A DNA stretch of 64,000 bases from Leucoraja ocellata (Eukaryota), in contig JAWMAR010000243.1 in assembly GCA_036785375.1 (NCBI GenBank), forward strand, positions 1 to 64,000, written 5' to 3'. Shown here in pieces: positions 22,655-34,926 of the stretch (position 1 is the stretch's first letter; every line of letters begins with the position of its first letter). Below the pieces are notes generated by a model. That model searched no databases and was not told the origin of the DNA. It saw only the letters and a program-made list of their open reading frames with translations. The position numbers and the translations under genes are program-made.

Positions 22655-23342
22655 TGAAAGTAAGCATGCAGGTACAGCAGGCAGTGAAGAAAGTGAATGG
22701 CATGTTGACCTTTATAACAAGAGGAATCTAATATAAGAACAAAGAGGCCCTTCTGCAGTTGTACAGAGCCCTAGTGAGACCACACCTGGAGTATTGTGTG
22801 CAGTTTTGGTCACCTAATTTGAGGAAGGACATTCTTTCTATTGAGGGAGTGCAGCATAAGTTTACAAGGTTAATTCCCGGGATGGCGGGACTGTCATATG
22901 CTGAGAGAATGGAGCAGCTGGGCTTGTACACTTTGGAGTTTAGAAGGATGAGAGGGAATCTTATTGAAACATATAAGATTATTAAGGGTTTGGACACGCT
23001 AGAGGCAGGAAACATGTTCCCGATGTTGGGAGAGTCCAGAACCAGGGGTCACAGTTTAAGAATAAGGAGTAAGCCATTTAGAACAGAGACTAGGAAACAC
23101 TTTTTTTCACAGAGAGTGGTGAGTCTGTGGAATTCTCTGCCTCAGAGGGCGGTGGAGGCAGGTTCTCTGGATGCTTTCAAGAGAGAGCTAGATAGGGCTC
23201 TTAAAAATAGTGGAGTCAGGGGATATGTGGAGAAGGCAGGGTTGGGGTACTGATTGGGGATGATCAGCCATGATCACATTGAATGGCGGTGCTGGCTCGA
23301 AGGGCCAAATGGCCTACTCCTGCACCTATTTTCTATTGTCTA
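22655..23342 (+). mobile_element. Young 5'-truncated CR1 LINE (ORF2 C-terminus and 3' UTR)
   Basis: ORF 22759..23253 YRALVRPHLEYCVQFWSP...RMRGNLIETYKI...TRGHSL...WNSLP; tail ctattttctattgtcta. Confidence 0.92.
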
Positions 23343-25127
23343 ATTAAATTTTCGTTCTTGGGAGCGTTTGCAAATTTGTGTCCAAAATCCTCTGTTTCTG
23401 GTAATCACTTGTTAATTCAGCCTAGATTTTGTTATTGTCATGCTTGTAAAATACCAACATTATTATACCGTCTATAGAAAAATCTGGAGAGTGTTTAAAC
23501 ACAAAGTATGATTCCTTGTTCCACCGCAATTTTTTTTAAACCTTCCTTCAATGAAACTAACAGAATCAAATTAACTCAGTAAAAAACAAAAATGTTGTCT
23601 CCGATCTGTTCTTGTAGCCACAGTATTTATGTGGCCAACCAGTTGAGTTTTTGATGGCGCTCCCCTGTTGATGGGGTGGGGGAGCGGTAGGGGGGGGGGG
23701 GGGGGGAGGGGATTGAGGGGAATTTGCAAAAAAGCTGCAACCAGTATTGAAAATCGGGCAATTATGAGCTAATATTTTCACTTCTGATCTTGTGATGAAG
23801 CAATGAAGTTGTGCAGCTCACTGCCCTGAGAAACCTCTGCAGCGATGTCCTGGGACTGGGATAGCTGACCTTCAACAAACACAACCATCTTCCTTTGTTT
23901 ACACACCTGTAGTAAGAAATTACTTTTGGAAATTTATATTAGCCTGAAAAATACATATCTAAACTTTTATTTGTAACATTCTTCTGGAGATATTTTACTC
24001 TGCTATTGAATTGTCACACTATTATTGCTCCTTTCTTCCCCAGATTATATCCTTTAATGTCTCTCAGACTGTGGGCTAGATATCTTTCTTCAAATATCCT
24101 TCACATTCAGTCCCAATGAAAAACTCTTCATTAATGGTCCCAATAATGAAAACTAAATTAACAAAATGTGCCACTCTCGAGGTAATGCAAACTTGGTGAA
24201 TACCAATTCCTGTTCTGAAGCATTGAAATTTGATCTAAGTTCATTGGAAATTTTGCAACCAATAAATAATACAAATGTTTTTTTTTCTGGTGGGTTTGAA
24301 TGTAAATTATTTTCAACTTACATTATGCATATGCTAGGAAATTCGCCTGAAACTAATTTTCTTTACCACAAATACAACCAAATAAAATATATTACTACTG
24401 TTTAAACATTTTAAATTTATAAATAAGATGGCATGATTTTACTCGCATGACTGTCCTTGCCACGAGCTGTTGAAACTTCATGCTGAATGTAGGTTTGCTG
24501 TGCATATTAAAATGCTGATTGTTCTCAAGCATTAATGCTTGCCGAATCTTTGTGAGTGTAATGTAACATGCTGTTAAACATTTGTTGGCCATTTCGCATG
24601 GATAAAAGCAGATTATCCTGAATGACTTGCTGATATATGTGGACTGCCTCGATCTGACATCAGTTTATTGATGTAATTCATAATTTATAAAGGATCTGGA
24701 AAGTTAGATATTTTTCAGGCTAAAATAAATTTAGAAAAGTAATTTCTTGGTAATCCATTTTGGTAATCTATTTTTTGCTTTCTTGATCTATTCCTATACT
24801 ATGTTGAGAGATACAGTTTAAGCAATTAAACTTTAATAATTTAAAAACAGGATGCATCTTTGTAGGCAGAGAATGTTACAGTATGCACTAGTGCTTTTGT
24901 CCTCATAGGTTTTCACATTTTCTTCTTTACCTCCAATAGTTTGTGAAAGTGTTCCACTTAAAAACACCCTTCATTTTTTTTCTAACCTCTACAATTGATA
25001 ACTATAATAACGTAGACACATCTTTGGGAATCTTTTGAAAATGCTGAAGGATAGTATCAAGCAGGAAGGTGATGGCAATATGCATTGTAGAATTGAACGA
25101 TTACTCTTAACTCTTTTTTTACAATAG

Positions 25128-25271
25128 GCAAAGGTCGTTACGATCATTCTATACTTCCAATTTAAAGTCATTGCCGGGTGTAACCAAGAGATTACCTATC
25201 CAAAATGTAGTGTCAGTGAGACCGAAGGAAGATACGATAGCTGCCTTAAAGCCCTGGAAGGACAATGACCA
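25128..25271 (+). CDS. QSOX2: QSOX2 exon 7
   Basis: tttacaatag|G...CA|gtaagt; QRSLRSFYTSNLKSLPGVTKRLPIQNVVSVRPKEDTIAALKPWKDND. Confidence 0.92.
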
Positions 25272-25494
25272 GTAAGTATTTCTTTCAAAACTTGATGGTC
25301 TCTAGCCTTTAACCAAGTTGTCTCTGCCTTGGAGAACTGTAGATGCTCATACTGAAATTAAGAAGAGTTTTGTACGCAGAGAATAAAGAATTATGAGAAC
25401 AAGCAGGGATAGTGGAGGTGAAGAGTCAACCATAATTCTAATGTATAGTTGAACAGGGTTGAGGGTCTACTTTGCTGACTTCAAAGCATGATTA

Positions 25495-26040
25495 GCAAGT
25501 TGACAGTAAATGATGGAATTGGACAGTGTATCTTTAGAGATTTGTTTGAGCATTTGATGGCATGCCAGATCCTTTTAAACTTTGAAGAAAGTAGAGGCAC
25601 AGTCTTTGTGATTATATCTATGTGCTGGGCCCAGGGCAGGTCATCTGAGATGTTAACTCTCAGGAATTTGAAGCTGCTAACTCTCTCCACTGTCACCCTA
25701 CCAATTAAAACTGGAAAGTCTCCCGACTTTCCCTTTCTGCAAACGATGATTGGTTTTGTTTATGGTTTTGATGATGTTGAGCAAGAGGTGGCTGTTACAG
25801 CACCATATAACCAAGATATTCCATCTCTCATCATCTGTGATTCAGCTAACAGCAGTGGTGTCGTCAAATTTTAGGATGGTATTGGAGCTGTACTTAGTCA
25901 CAGAGTCGTGGGTGCAAAGAGAGTCGAGCAGGATGGTAAGCAAACAGACTTGAGGTGCACCCGTATTGCTGGTCAATGAGGAGACGATGTTACCAATTCC
26001 GTACTGATGGAGATCTGCTGATTATGAAGTTAAGGATCTG
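25495..26040 (-). mobile_element. Rex/Babar-type LINE RT fragment
   Basis: VERVSSFKFL.VNISDDL.W..HI (ORF 25481..25696) and degenerate NTGAPQ / LCTHD / ILKF-DDTT motifs on the minus strand. Confidence 0.75.
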
Positions 26041-26845
26041 CGCCAACAGCTTGTCTCATCTTTGTCTTTTCCTGTTTTGGTTTGTGTTTACTTGTATGTT
26101 TTTAGTGTACCTTTAGTTTTTGTATTGTGTGAGGGTGGGTGGGGGGGTGGGGGGTTTGGGGGGGAACCTTTTTTATTTCTTTCCTCGACGGAGATGCGAC
26201 TTTTTCCATCGTATCTCCGTCTGCACTGCGGCTTTAACATGGGGCTGGCGGACCCTTTGTCAGGGATCGACTGCGGGAGCTCCAACCACAGGAGCTTCGA
26301 CCGCCCCGATCGTGGGAGCTTTGATCGCCCCGACTGCGGAAGATTCGATTGCCCTGACTGCGGGAAGAAAGAAGGTATAGGTTATTTGCCTTCCATCACA
26401 GTGGGGAATGTGAGGTCGCCGAAAAATCATGATGGACGTGCTGCCTGCACTGGTGAGGACTCGGATTGAGTGGAGTGATCTTGGTGTTTTGTGGGGACAT
26501 GGCTCCATGAGGACATCCCGGAGTCTAGTGTGAGTGTGGACGGATTTCTGACTTCGGGCCGACAGTGATTGCAGAGAGAGTGACAGCAGTCAGTACAACT
26601 CTGGTCACATCCCGGTGAAGGAGTGAGTGTGTGGCCCGGACATTGAACTGATGGCTGTGGGACTCTGCTTATGCTCTGTGCCCTAGGGATTCTCACACGC
26701 CGTTGTTGTTCTTTAAGTCTATGTTTAATTTTTATGTGATTATGTATCTTGTTGCTTTTTTGTATGACTGTTGGCGAATCAAATTCCTTGTATGTTTACA
26801 TACTTGGCTAATAAATTAATTACAAATTACACAATTACAAATTAT
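26041..26845 (+). mobile_element. Non-autonomous retroelement, copy B
   Basis: Homologous to 40510-41275; internal ~24-bp tandem repeats (26270-26365), 3' hairpin, AATAAA at 26810-26815, (attacaa)-type tail. Confidence 0.7.
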
Positions 26846-27256
26846 TCAAATTGTCAGAGCAGAGTGAAGTGTCAGTGAGATAGCATTGGCCGTTAACATA
26901 CTGTGGTGAGAAGCAAATTGAAGTGGAATTAGAAATTTAGAAATTATGTTACAGATGACTTGTATTGCAACTTAGCTAATACTGGTCCATTGTGAGATTT
27001 TGTATTGGAAAATTAATCCACCGTTTTTCACAAATTGTGCTAAGAGAATGTATATTGCCTGTTACTTTCCCATCGTGTGTCTCTGTGCTTCAGTAAGTAT
27101 GTCCTGGCAATACTGCTCCAATTTTAGTTGGAATAGATTTTAAGAACTGCGATCGGTGTTGGGTTTTTTCTGTGTTCAGAAGTAATAATTTGAATTCAAG
27201 GGATCATTTTCCAATGATGGATAGCTATTCAAAATTTAACCTGTCATTGTTTTCAG

Positions 27257-27386
27257 GGGTAAGGTATATTTTGCTGATCTGGAGTCTTCTTTGCACTATC
27301 TTCTTCGAGTGGAACTTGCTAGCCACAAGATATTGGAGGGGCCTGAACTGACATCGCTGAAGGATTTAATTACAGTTCTATCAAAG
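27257..27386 (+). CDS. QSOX2: QSOX2 exon 8
   Basis: ttttcag|G...AAG|gtaatt; GKVYFADLESSLHYLLRVELASHKILEGPELTSLKDLITVLSK. Confidence 0.95.
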
Positions 27387-29134
27387 GTAATTAGAATATC
27401 TCTTGAGTGGAATTTTAGTAGTAATTTTGATGAATTAACAAATATATTCAATTTCTGTTCTATCTGATTGTCAATTTGGGCATGCTATTGGGATCTGAAA
27501 CATGGTTGTTATGATTATGGTCTCATAAGTGCATTACCAAAGTGCAATGATGTATGGTGGCAGATGCAACTGGTGGGTCTTGCTGCATTTGATCCCCATG
27601 ATGCGCCCTTTTTTGAGCCATGTATAATTAAAAAGATCTATGTTTGAGATGCTTTCAAGAAAACATACAGCATTAGCCAATCACACACAAGCTTTAGCGG
27701 TAATCTTTGACTCGGCACTTTCCATCACCTTTCACAAATGAAATTTTGTCTGTGCTAATTATCAGTTAAATTTGTCCCTGTAAATGCCGTTATGATGAAA
27801 CTGCTCAGCGGATACATCTTTTACTTCACTCAGTTCTCAAGTTTTCTTCAACACCAATCCAATACTTTATCTATGTATGAATCACAGAGAGCAGAGTCCA
27901 ATGGTGGGAAGAAGTAAGTGTATGATTTTTGACACAAAAGCAGATGAACGTTCGAAGGAATTGCTGATGTGTACTTGTCCTAGTATTACTGGACCCTTTT
28001 CATTGCCACTTTATACTTATCAAAGTCTAGTAAATACCTTTGCTCATGCCATGTTATTTATATCTTTGTGTTTTTCATGAGATGCAAAGTTGCCATGCCA
28101 CCTAGTTAAAACTTAAACTTGGCATCCACCTCTTTGATACCACTACTTTTGCTATTTCTATTATGTGATGCAGCAGCACAGCATTAAGGAGCAGACTTTC
28201 AGAGTGTCCTGGTTATGCTGCTACAATTTTTTTTGTTGCAGATTTTAATAACTGTTCTTAATTGCCTCGAAAGTAATTAATGTTATCAGCTGAGGACAAT
28301 TTTGATGCGGGTGGAATTGTAAGTCTGTCTAGTGGATGAAAAAGTAGCACGCTCTTGGTTAAGTCACCAGATGGCACTCTGAACAACTGCTATCACATCA
28401 AAATTAAGAGGCATTGGGATGTTAAGATGCTTCCTGCTGGCAATTTGCAGACCATCACTTATTTGTGTGTATTCTATGGACTAAAGTAAGATAAGAACTG
28501 TGAAGTAATCCTTTAGAGGACTGGTCAAGTGTGGCTGTTTTAGGTATATATTGGACAAGGATGCAATAGATTAAAGAATTGAGCTTCAATAATGCCTTAA
28601 ATATAACATAAATGATTATCTAATTCACCATTATTTAAATGAGCATTATTTGTCAATAGTAACTGCGATTTGTATCAATGTTGAAGAGCTTAAAGTCGAA
28701 AATAGGCTGTGGCCTTGAACTTAATTAGTATTTCCACACTAGAGATTTCCAGAAAGTGAAGCATGGAGGATTTTTTATGTGTGGGAAAAGTTTCCCTAGC
28801 CGATTCATCTATTCATTTTTGTATTGGTTATATATCACTGAAACTGATTGACATAATTAAGTTATTGTTTATCTCAGCTTGCAGTGGGCATTTAAGAATT
28901 GTGTGTCTCCTATGTAACAAACTGCTCCTCTAATTGCATAATTGATTGTAAAACATTTTGAAGCACTGGTGTGGAAAGATACAATACAATTGCAGACTCA
29001 GGAATTATCATCTTTTCAGCAAAACATAAGCATTCCATGGATCGTTTGCACCTTGCAAAACTTGACAGATATATCAGCAAAAATGAGAAATTGAAAAATA
29101 TCTGTTAGTCAAAAATAGTCACCAACTAGAGAAG

Positions 29135-29410
29135 TTGGTGGCAAGAGCACATCCCTTCCCGACAAGCTAAATGCATTGTATACTAATTTTGAACAGAAGG
29201 GCAATGGATTAATATCACCAACTCTGGCAGCCTCGGGTGCACCTGTACCCACAGTCACCGTCATAGATGTCTGATCAGCCTTCCTGAGAGTGAATCACGC
29301 AAAGCAACTGGCATGTCTCAAATGACACTTACCAATTACTATAGAAGCACTGCAGAAAGCATCCTATTGGATTGGTTTGACAACTCCTCTGTCCAACACA
29401 GCAAGAAATT
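29135..29410 (+). mobile_element. Degenerate Rex/Babar LINE fragments
   Basis: SLPDKLNALYTNFEQ and TNYYRSTAESIL-like motifs. Confidence 0.5.
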
Positions 29411-30384
29411 AGAGCATTAATTGTGAATTCACGTACTCGTGTATTGTGGCTTCACTATGGGCTCGCCAGTCGCACATTATTGGATAGAAAATCAACAAAT
29501 TTAAAAGAATTATCTATTTCCATAGTTGTATAAGTAATATTATTGTTATCCTTAATACATTATTTAGAAGGTCTTCATATGAATGAAATACATTTTAATA
29601 GCTTGGCACTTCATGGTAGCTTCAAGTGCCCTTGAGCGTTCAATGTATATGAAAATGTCTGACTACACTCTGAAAAAGGTATTAATTTATCAGATTACAT
29701 GCTGCATGCAGAATGCTTTACATTTTGTGTAACTGAATAATTTTCTGAATTAGGGAATGACAATTAATTTCTTTTCTATGGCTGTTTTGCTTTTGCCGCA
29801 GACATTTTATAAATGAAATCTTTTTTATCGTGTTTTACCAAAATGGAATCAGTTGGTTGAGATAATGAGATGGCCAGATTAACACTCCACTTTCTTAAAG
29901 GAAAATATGTCATATATTGATTTAATCCTTTAACTGACAGTAGGGATTAGTGTTTTTTTTATAGACAAATGTATTCCATAATGCCAGATCCTCCAAGATT
30001 ATGACATGACTGGTTAAAGAAAACAAAAGAATGATGATCCGAAATTTTTAAATGTTGTTAGCTGTTTATTGAACCTGATTCTTAGTCACTTTAGCAGTTT
30101 TGTTTGTTTCTCAGAAGATTAAAGTGATAAATTCAAATATTGAAATCTATGTGAAGATGTTATATTTATCCAAGTACATTGAACAAGCTTCTTCCCCTAT
30201 CCAGATCTTCTGGATAAACTTTTCTAAATAGAGTATATTGTAGATATATTGTTTTCTCCTAGTTTTTTTTTTAAAGTCCAATCAACCAAAAACTAATGAT
30301 TTGAAGAAGACCCACATCTTGAATATATGAGAAAAAAGTATTTGCTTTTCCTATATATTGCGATATTGTTATTATTGTAATTTT

Positions 30385-30790
30385 GAGGTTTGCCTTTATG
30401 ACCTTGGAACATCCTTGAGTAATTTATTGCCACCGTAATAGTACTTTGGAAGTGTAATCACTGTTATAATGTAAGAAATGAATGTTGCTATATTTCCTTT
30501 TTATTCCCTCAAAAGATCAGTGTTGCGATCAGTATCTGGATATTGAAACTAGGTCTTCTGCAGTCATGACACTGCATCAAAATGCTAAACAAATGAGTTT
30601 GTTTGAAGCCTGATGCAACAGGCTGCAAATATGTCTGCTTTTTAAATTGGTCAAAATAAATGTCTAAAATTTTTATTCTACTCAACTGAACACTGCACCT
30701 CTGGTCAGTGCCACGTGTGGAGCAGCTCTGTCTAATCCACATGCAAATATAAATGCTGAACCTAGATTATGGTTTCTGATCTTGGTCAAA
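30385..30790 (-). mobile_element. Ancient Deu-domain SINE (SacSINE1/AmnSINE-like) remnant
   Basis: gcctttatgaccttggaacatcc...gtactttggaagtgtaatcactgttataatgtaagaaatg and gcacctc...cctagattatg match my recollection of the DeuSINE consensus; not verified. Confidence 0.45.
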
Positions 30791-32349
30791 TAAGGTATTG
30801 CATGCCATGTTTATTAGAAAAGATCACAAATAAAATAAACTATATTGATTGCAATGCTCTTCTTTGAATTGAAATGCCATTTATTAATCTCGTAGTAGAA
30901 AATTGCACACAACAATTGACAGATGTGCCTCAGGGACAGAAGGCGATCTAATAGAGTAATGAATCATAGCATCTGTTATTGGTATTTAGAAAGATCAAGG
31001 TAGATTTTCCCCTGGGATCAAGGCATAGGATTGTGAAGGGTTGACTTGCTTTTTGTGTTTCAGTACATAATGCACCGAGTAAACTTCCATTAACCAAATT
31101 CTCCTGTGTATCCTTATGTATTCGCACACTGTTCCTTTAACCTTCTGAGCTAAGGCTGTTCCTGATTCCTTTAAAGGAACTGAAATTCTAAAGATTAATA
31201 TTAAATCCTATTTTATTCTTTCTTGACTGATGAGTTTGGTGATTTGGTAGTTTCAGTGCTACAGCCACCATTAAACTACTTATGGCATTCTTCCTCTGTT
31301 TCTTTCATATTCCTCAGTTTTATTTATTGTGAGATCAGTTGGCTTTTGCTTACACTATTGATCAAAGTAAAATGTACTAACATTTTGGGCTTCTGATCTG
31401 GGAATGTTCACTTCTGGACTCGCAAAATTTTACTTAGGGATTCAAAACAAAATAGCTTTCTTCCTGTGAATAGAATCGAGCAATTAATTTTATTTGCATG
31501 ACTCAATTTTATTGATGTAGCATTTAGAATATTGCTGTTCATTGTACATGTGTTTCAATCCTATCTTCCATATGCCTATACACCTCGTCGTTCCTTTACT
31601 CTGAACCACTTCTAAGAACATAATTTATTACTTAATATAAAGGAACATGAGGTTAGGGTAACATATTAATGTACAGAAAAGAAGGTGTAAAACTGGGCCA
31701 TTATTTCAATATTGCCTCCGTTCCTACCATCTAAATGGTAAAAGGCTTATTCACGTGATGCTGGATTTGTTTTTACAGCTTTAAATTTAACATACAATGT
31801 AGTTTCCTCTACATTGATGTGACCTGCCATGGATTGGATTACTGCTTTATGGAGAATCTCCATTCACTCTGCAAATATGACCCAAAACATCAATGGAGTC
31901 ATAGAGACAGCATGGAAATGGGCCATTCAGACCAACTCGTCCATGTCGATCAAGATATCCCATCTAAGATAGTCCCATTTTCCGGCATTTGTCCCAAATT
32001 CTATACCTTTCCTTTTATATACCTGTCCAAATGTGTTTTAAATATTATTATTGCACCTGTCCCAATTACCAACTCTGATCAGCAAATGAGAGATTAATGA
32101 AATTCATCAATTCAGTCTGCTGAATTTTGTGCAATTTGCATTGAGTATGTTGCTGATCATGTCGTAATAGAAAGAGATTTGGCCATCATTAATAATGTAT
32201 CCTTTGTAAGCCTATCCTTCAATAATTTAATTCTAAAAATAAATGAAGTGAATCCTGATTCAATGGCCATGCTCTAGATCTTGATGAGTTTATTTGGTCT
32301 TTAGTTCAGATGAAGATTTTGTCTGACAAATAATTTTACTTTTCAACAG

Positions 32350-32472
32350 CTCTTCCCTGGACCACAGCCAGTAGTGAAGTTGCTAGAAACATTGCAAGAA
32401 TGGTTGGTGAGCCTTCCATTGGATAAAATTCCTTATGATGCAATCTTAGATTTGGTGAACAACAAAATGAGG
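32350..32472 (+). CDS. QSOX2: QSOX2 exon 9
   Basis: tttcaacag|CTC...AGG|gtaagt; [41 protein letters not shown]. Confidence 0.96.
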
Positions 32473-33979
32473 GTAAGTGTTTTGTTGATCATTGAAAATA
32501 CAGACTAATATTCTTCAACACTAAATGTAAGATTTTTTTTGAAAAACTAGAGTGCAAGTTTTGGAATCTTGAGCAAAAAACTGCTGGAGGAACACAGTGG
32601 ATCACGCGGCATCTGTAGAGGAAAATGAGCAGATGTATTTTCAGCTCAGGACATTTCTTAAGTCTGAAGAATCTGCACTTAAAATATCAGCAGAACAATT
32701 CCCTCCACAGATGCTGCTTGACTCACTGAGTTCCTCCACCAGTTTATTTTCTCGCAATTTTTTTTTTCTTTTGTCATGCACTTGGAACTCCACATGGCAT
32801 CCATTCATCTTCTGTGCAAAATGCTTCTTCATGCATTGGTGCTGACTGTTTTGGACTCAAAAGGGCCAATACAAGTCCTGGGTCATAAATGTACAAAATA
32901 ATTACCCTTTTGAGTCTGCCTTAGTCATAATAGGTTGTCTAATACTTTGCTCGCATGCCCTCAATGTAGGTTCAAAATGAAGTGTCTCAGATAACCGTTT
33001 GCTTTTCTACTTTTCATTTCCTGTTCAACATTTTATGTATTATTATTTTTTTAATTAGTCATCTGCTTTTTTTTAATACTTTGGCTTTCAACAATTTTTA
33101 AAATAATTAATGCAATACTCCATTGATGTAAATGATGAGACTTTTCTGAACTGGATTCTTAAACATTATTCCTGTTATGTGGATGGATGATTGGGGATAA
33201 AAATTCTGTGATGCTGTTTTGAGCTTGGATCTAAAGAGGGTTAAGGAAAATTTCTGTTTATACCCATAAAGTGTATATATAATGTGATCTAACAATAAAA
33301 TTCACTGAAATGTATTTCCAGCCACCCTTCCAATTACTTTCTTCTCAAGCAGTCCTTTTTCAATTGAGTCGAGAAAGGAAACTCTGGGCTGGAAACTCTC
33401 AGAATTACTTTCAGAATCAGCTCACCGTGAATATTTGGTGATATAGTCTGTGTTGGGTTAAATTAGATGTTGATAAATTATTTTAAATGGGAAGTCCTTT
33501 TTTTTTGCATATTTGTATAGATTTCTGAGCTAGGAATTAAACCTGTTAAATTAGCGCCAACTTGAGCCTTTAACCAAGATGATAAAAAAATTGAACATTC
33601 AACTATGACCTCTAATATTTCACTAGACTAGTTTTCATATTCAAATATAATCTTAATATTACCATTTCCCTCAATTCCTGCTGTGTGATCATTTTGTATT
33701 TCCACACAACATTTTTTTACATACATTATTTTTCGTTTTGTTGTCATTTATTACTTAGTAATTGGCTCTTTCGGAAATGCTGCATTTGCTAAAATAATTC
33801 ACACCGGGTGCTCAAACAGGACTTTGCTATGTTCCATGTGTTGAGCTGCTTTTGTTGCAGCTTTGTTTTTTCAAGTGTATGTAGAAGGTTAAAACTATTT
33901 TATTTTTGAAGTGATGCTGAAACTGTCAGATTGATGAGTCAATTTGGCTCTTATAATGCATTAAAAAAAAAAAGAAGCG

Positions 33980-34427
33980 GGTGAGAGCTATAGGGAGAGG
34001 TTGAGAAGGCTGGGTCTCTATTCCATAGAGTGTAGGAGGATGAGGGGTGATCTTATAGAGGTATACAAAATCATGAGAGGAATAGACCGGGTAGATGCAC
34101 AGAGTCTTTTGCCCAGACTAGGGGAATCGAGGACCAGAGGACATGGGTTCAAGATGAAGGGGAAAAGATTTAATAGGAATCCGAGGGGTAACGCTTTCAC
34201 ACAAAGGGTGGTGAGTGTATGGAACAAGCTGCCAGAGGAGGTAGTTGAGGCTGGGACTATCCCATTGCTTAAGAAACAATTAGACAGGTAAATGGATAGA
34301 CAGGTTTGTAGGGATATGGACCAAGCACAGGCAAGTGGGAGTAGTGTAGCTGGGACATTGTGTGGTGTGTGCGAGTTGGGCCGAAGTGCCTGTTTCCACA
34401 CTGTATTACTCTATGACTCTGACTCTA
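33980..34427 (+). mobile_element. CR1 LINE 3' end
   Basis: ORF 34001..34291 LGLYS.E.RRMRGDLIEVYKIMRG.DRVD...TRGH...WNKLP; tail actctatgactctgactcta. Confidence 0.9.
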
Positions 34428-34775
34428 ACCTTACCTGGTCTGAACTGTAAATGGAAACTTCTTCCACAGTATCATTGCTTGAGTTCTTGAGGTGACATGG
34501 CTAGCCACTTATTGGCACAAAATCATGGCAATGTTCAAGAAGCTGGCACACTTTGCAAAACCTGAGATGGGCAATGATACCAGTGAACCCCATAATCTGG
34601 CGATGATTTTTTAGGAAATAGCAATTCAAGACAAAATTATTATGCATTCAACTTTTTAGGGCTAATGGAAAAGTAACATCTTCCAACACTTGGGTATAGT
34701 TATTTTGAAAATCTTATAAATAATGAAGGCATAAATATATTTTTAGGTATTTATTTGTGTGTTCTTCTCTTGCAG

Positions 34776-34926
34776 ATATCAGGAATGTTTTTGAGAAATA
34801 CAGTCGAGTGGGTAGGCTGCCAGGGTAGCCAACCACACTACAGAGGTTACCCATGCTCTCTCTGGACACTCTTCCATATCTTGACAGTACATGCCGAGAC
34901 ACGTCCTGAAATGCAGATCATTGCTG
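34776..34926 (+). CDS. QSOX2: QSOX2 exon 10 (start of Erv/ALR domain)
   Basis: ctcttgcag|ATA...G|gtaaac; [50 protein letters not shown]. Confidence 0.96.

Noticed and set aside
23670-23720. G-tract with G-quadruplex potential in intron 6
   Set aside because: A simple homopolymer run, prone to sequencing error, with nothing pointing to function.
26270-26365. Short ~24-bp repeats that could suggest a CRISPR-like array
   Set aside because: Adjacent degenerate tandem units without unique spacers, inside a eukaryotic retroelement.
30026-30083. Possible box C/D snoRNA (ATGATGA 30031-30037, CTGA 30075-30078, aagaa/ttctt flanks)
   Set aside because: Only 48 nt from box C to box D, no C'/D' boxes or recognisable guide, and the terminal stem is out of register for a K-turn.
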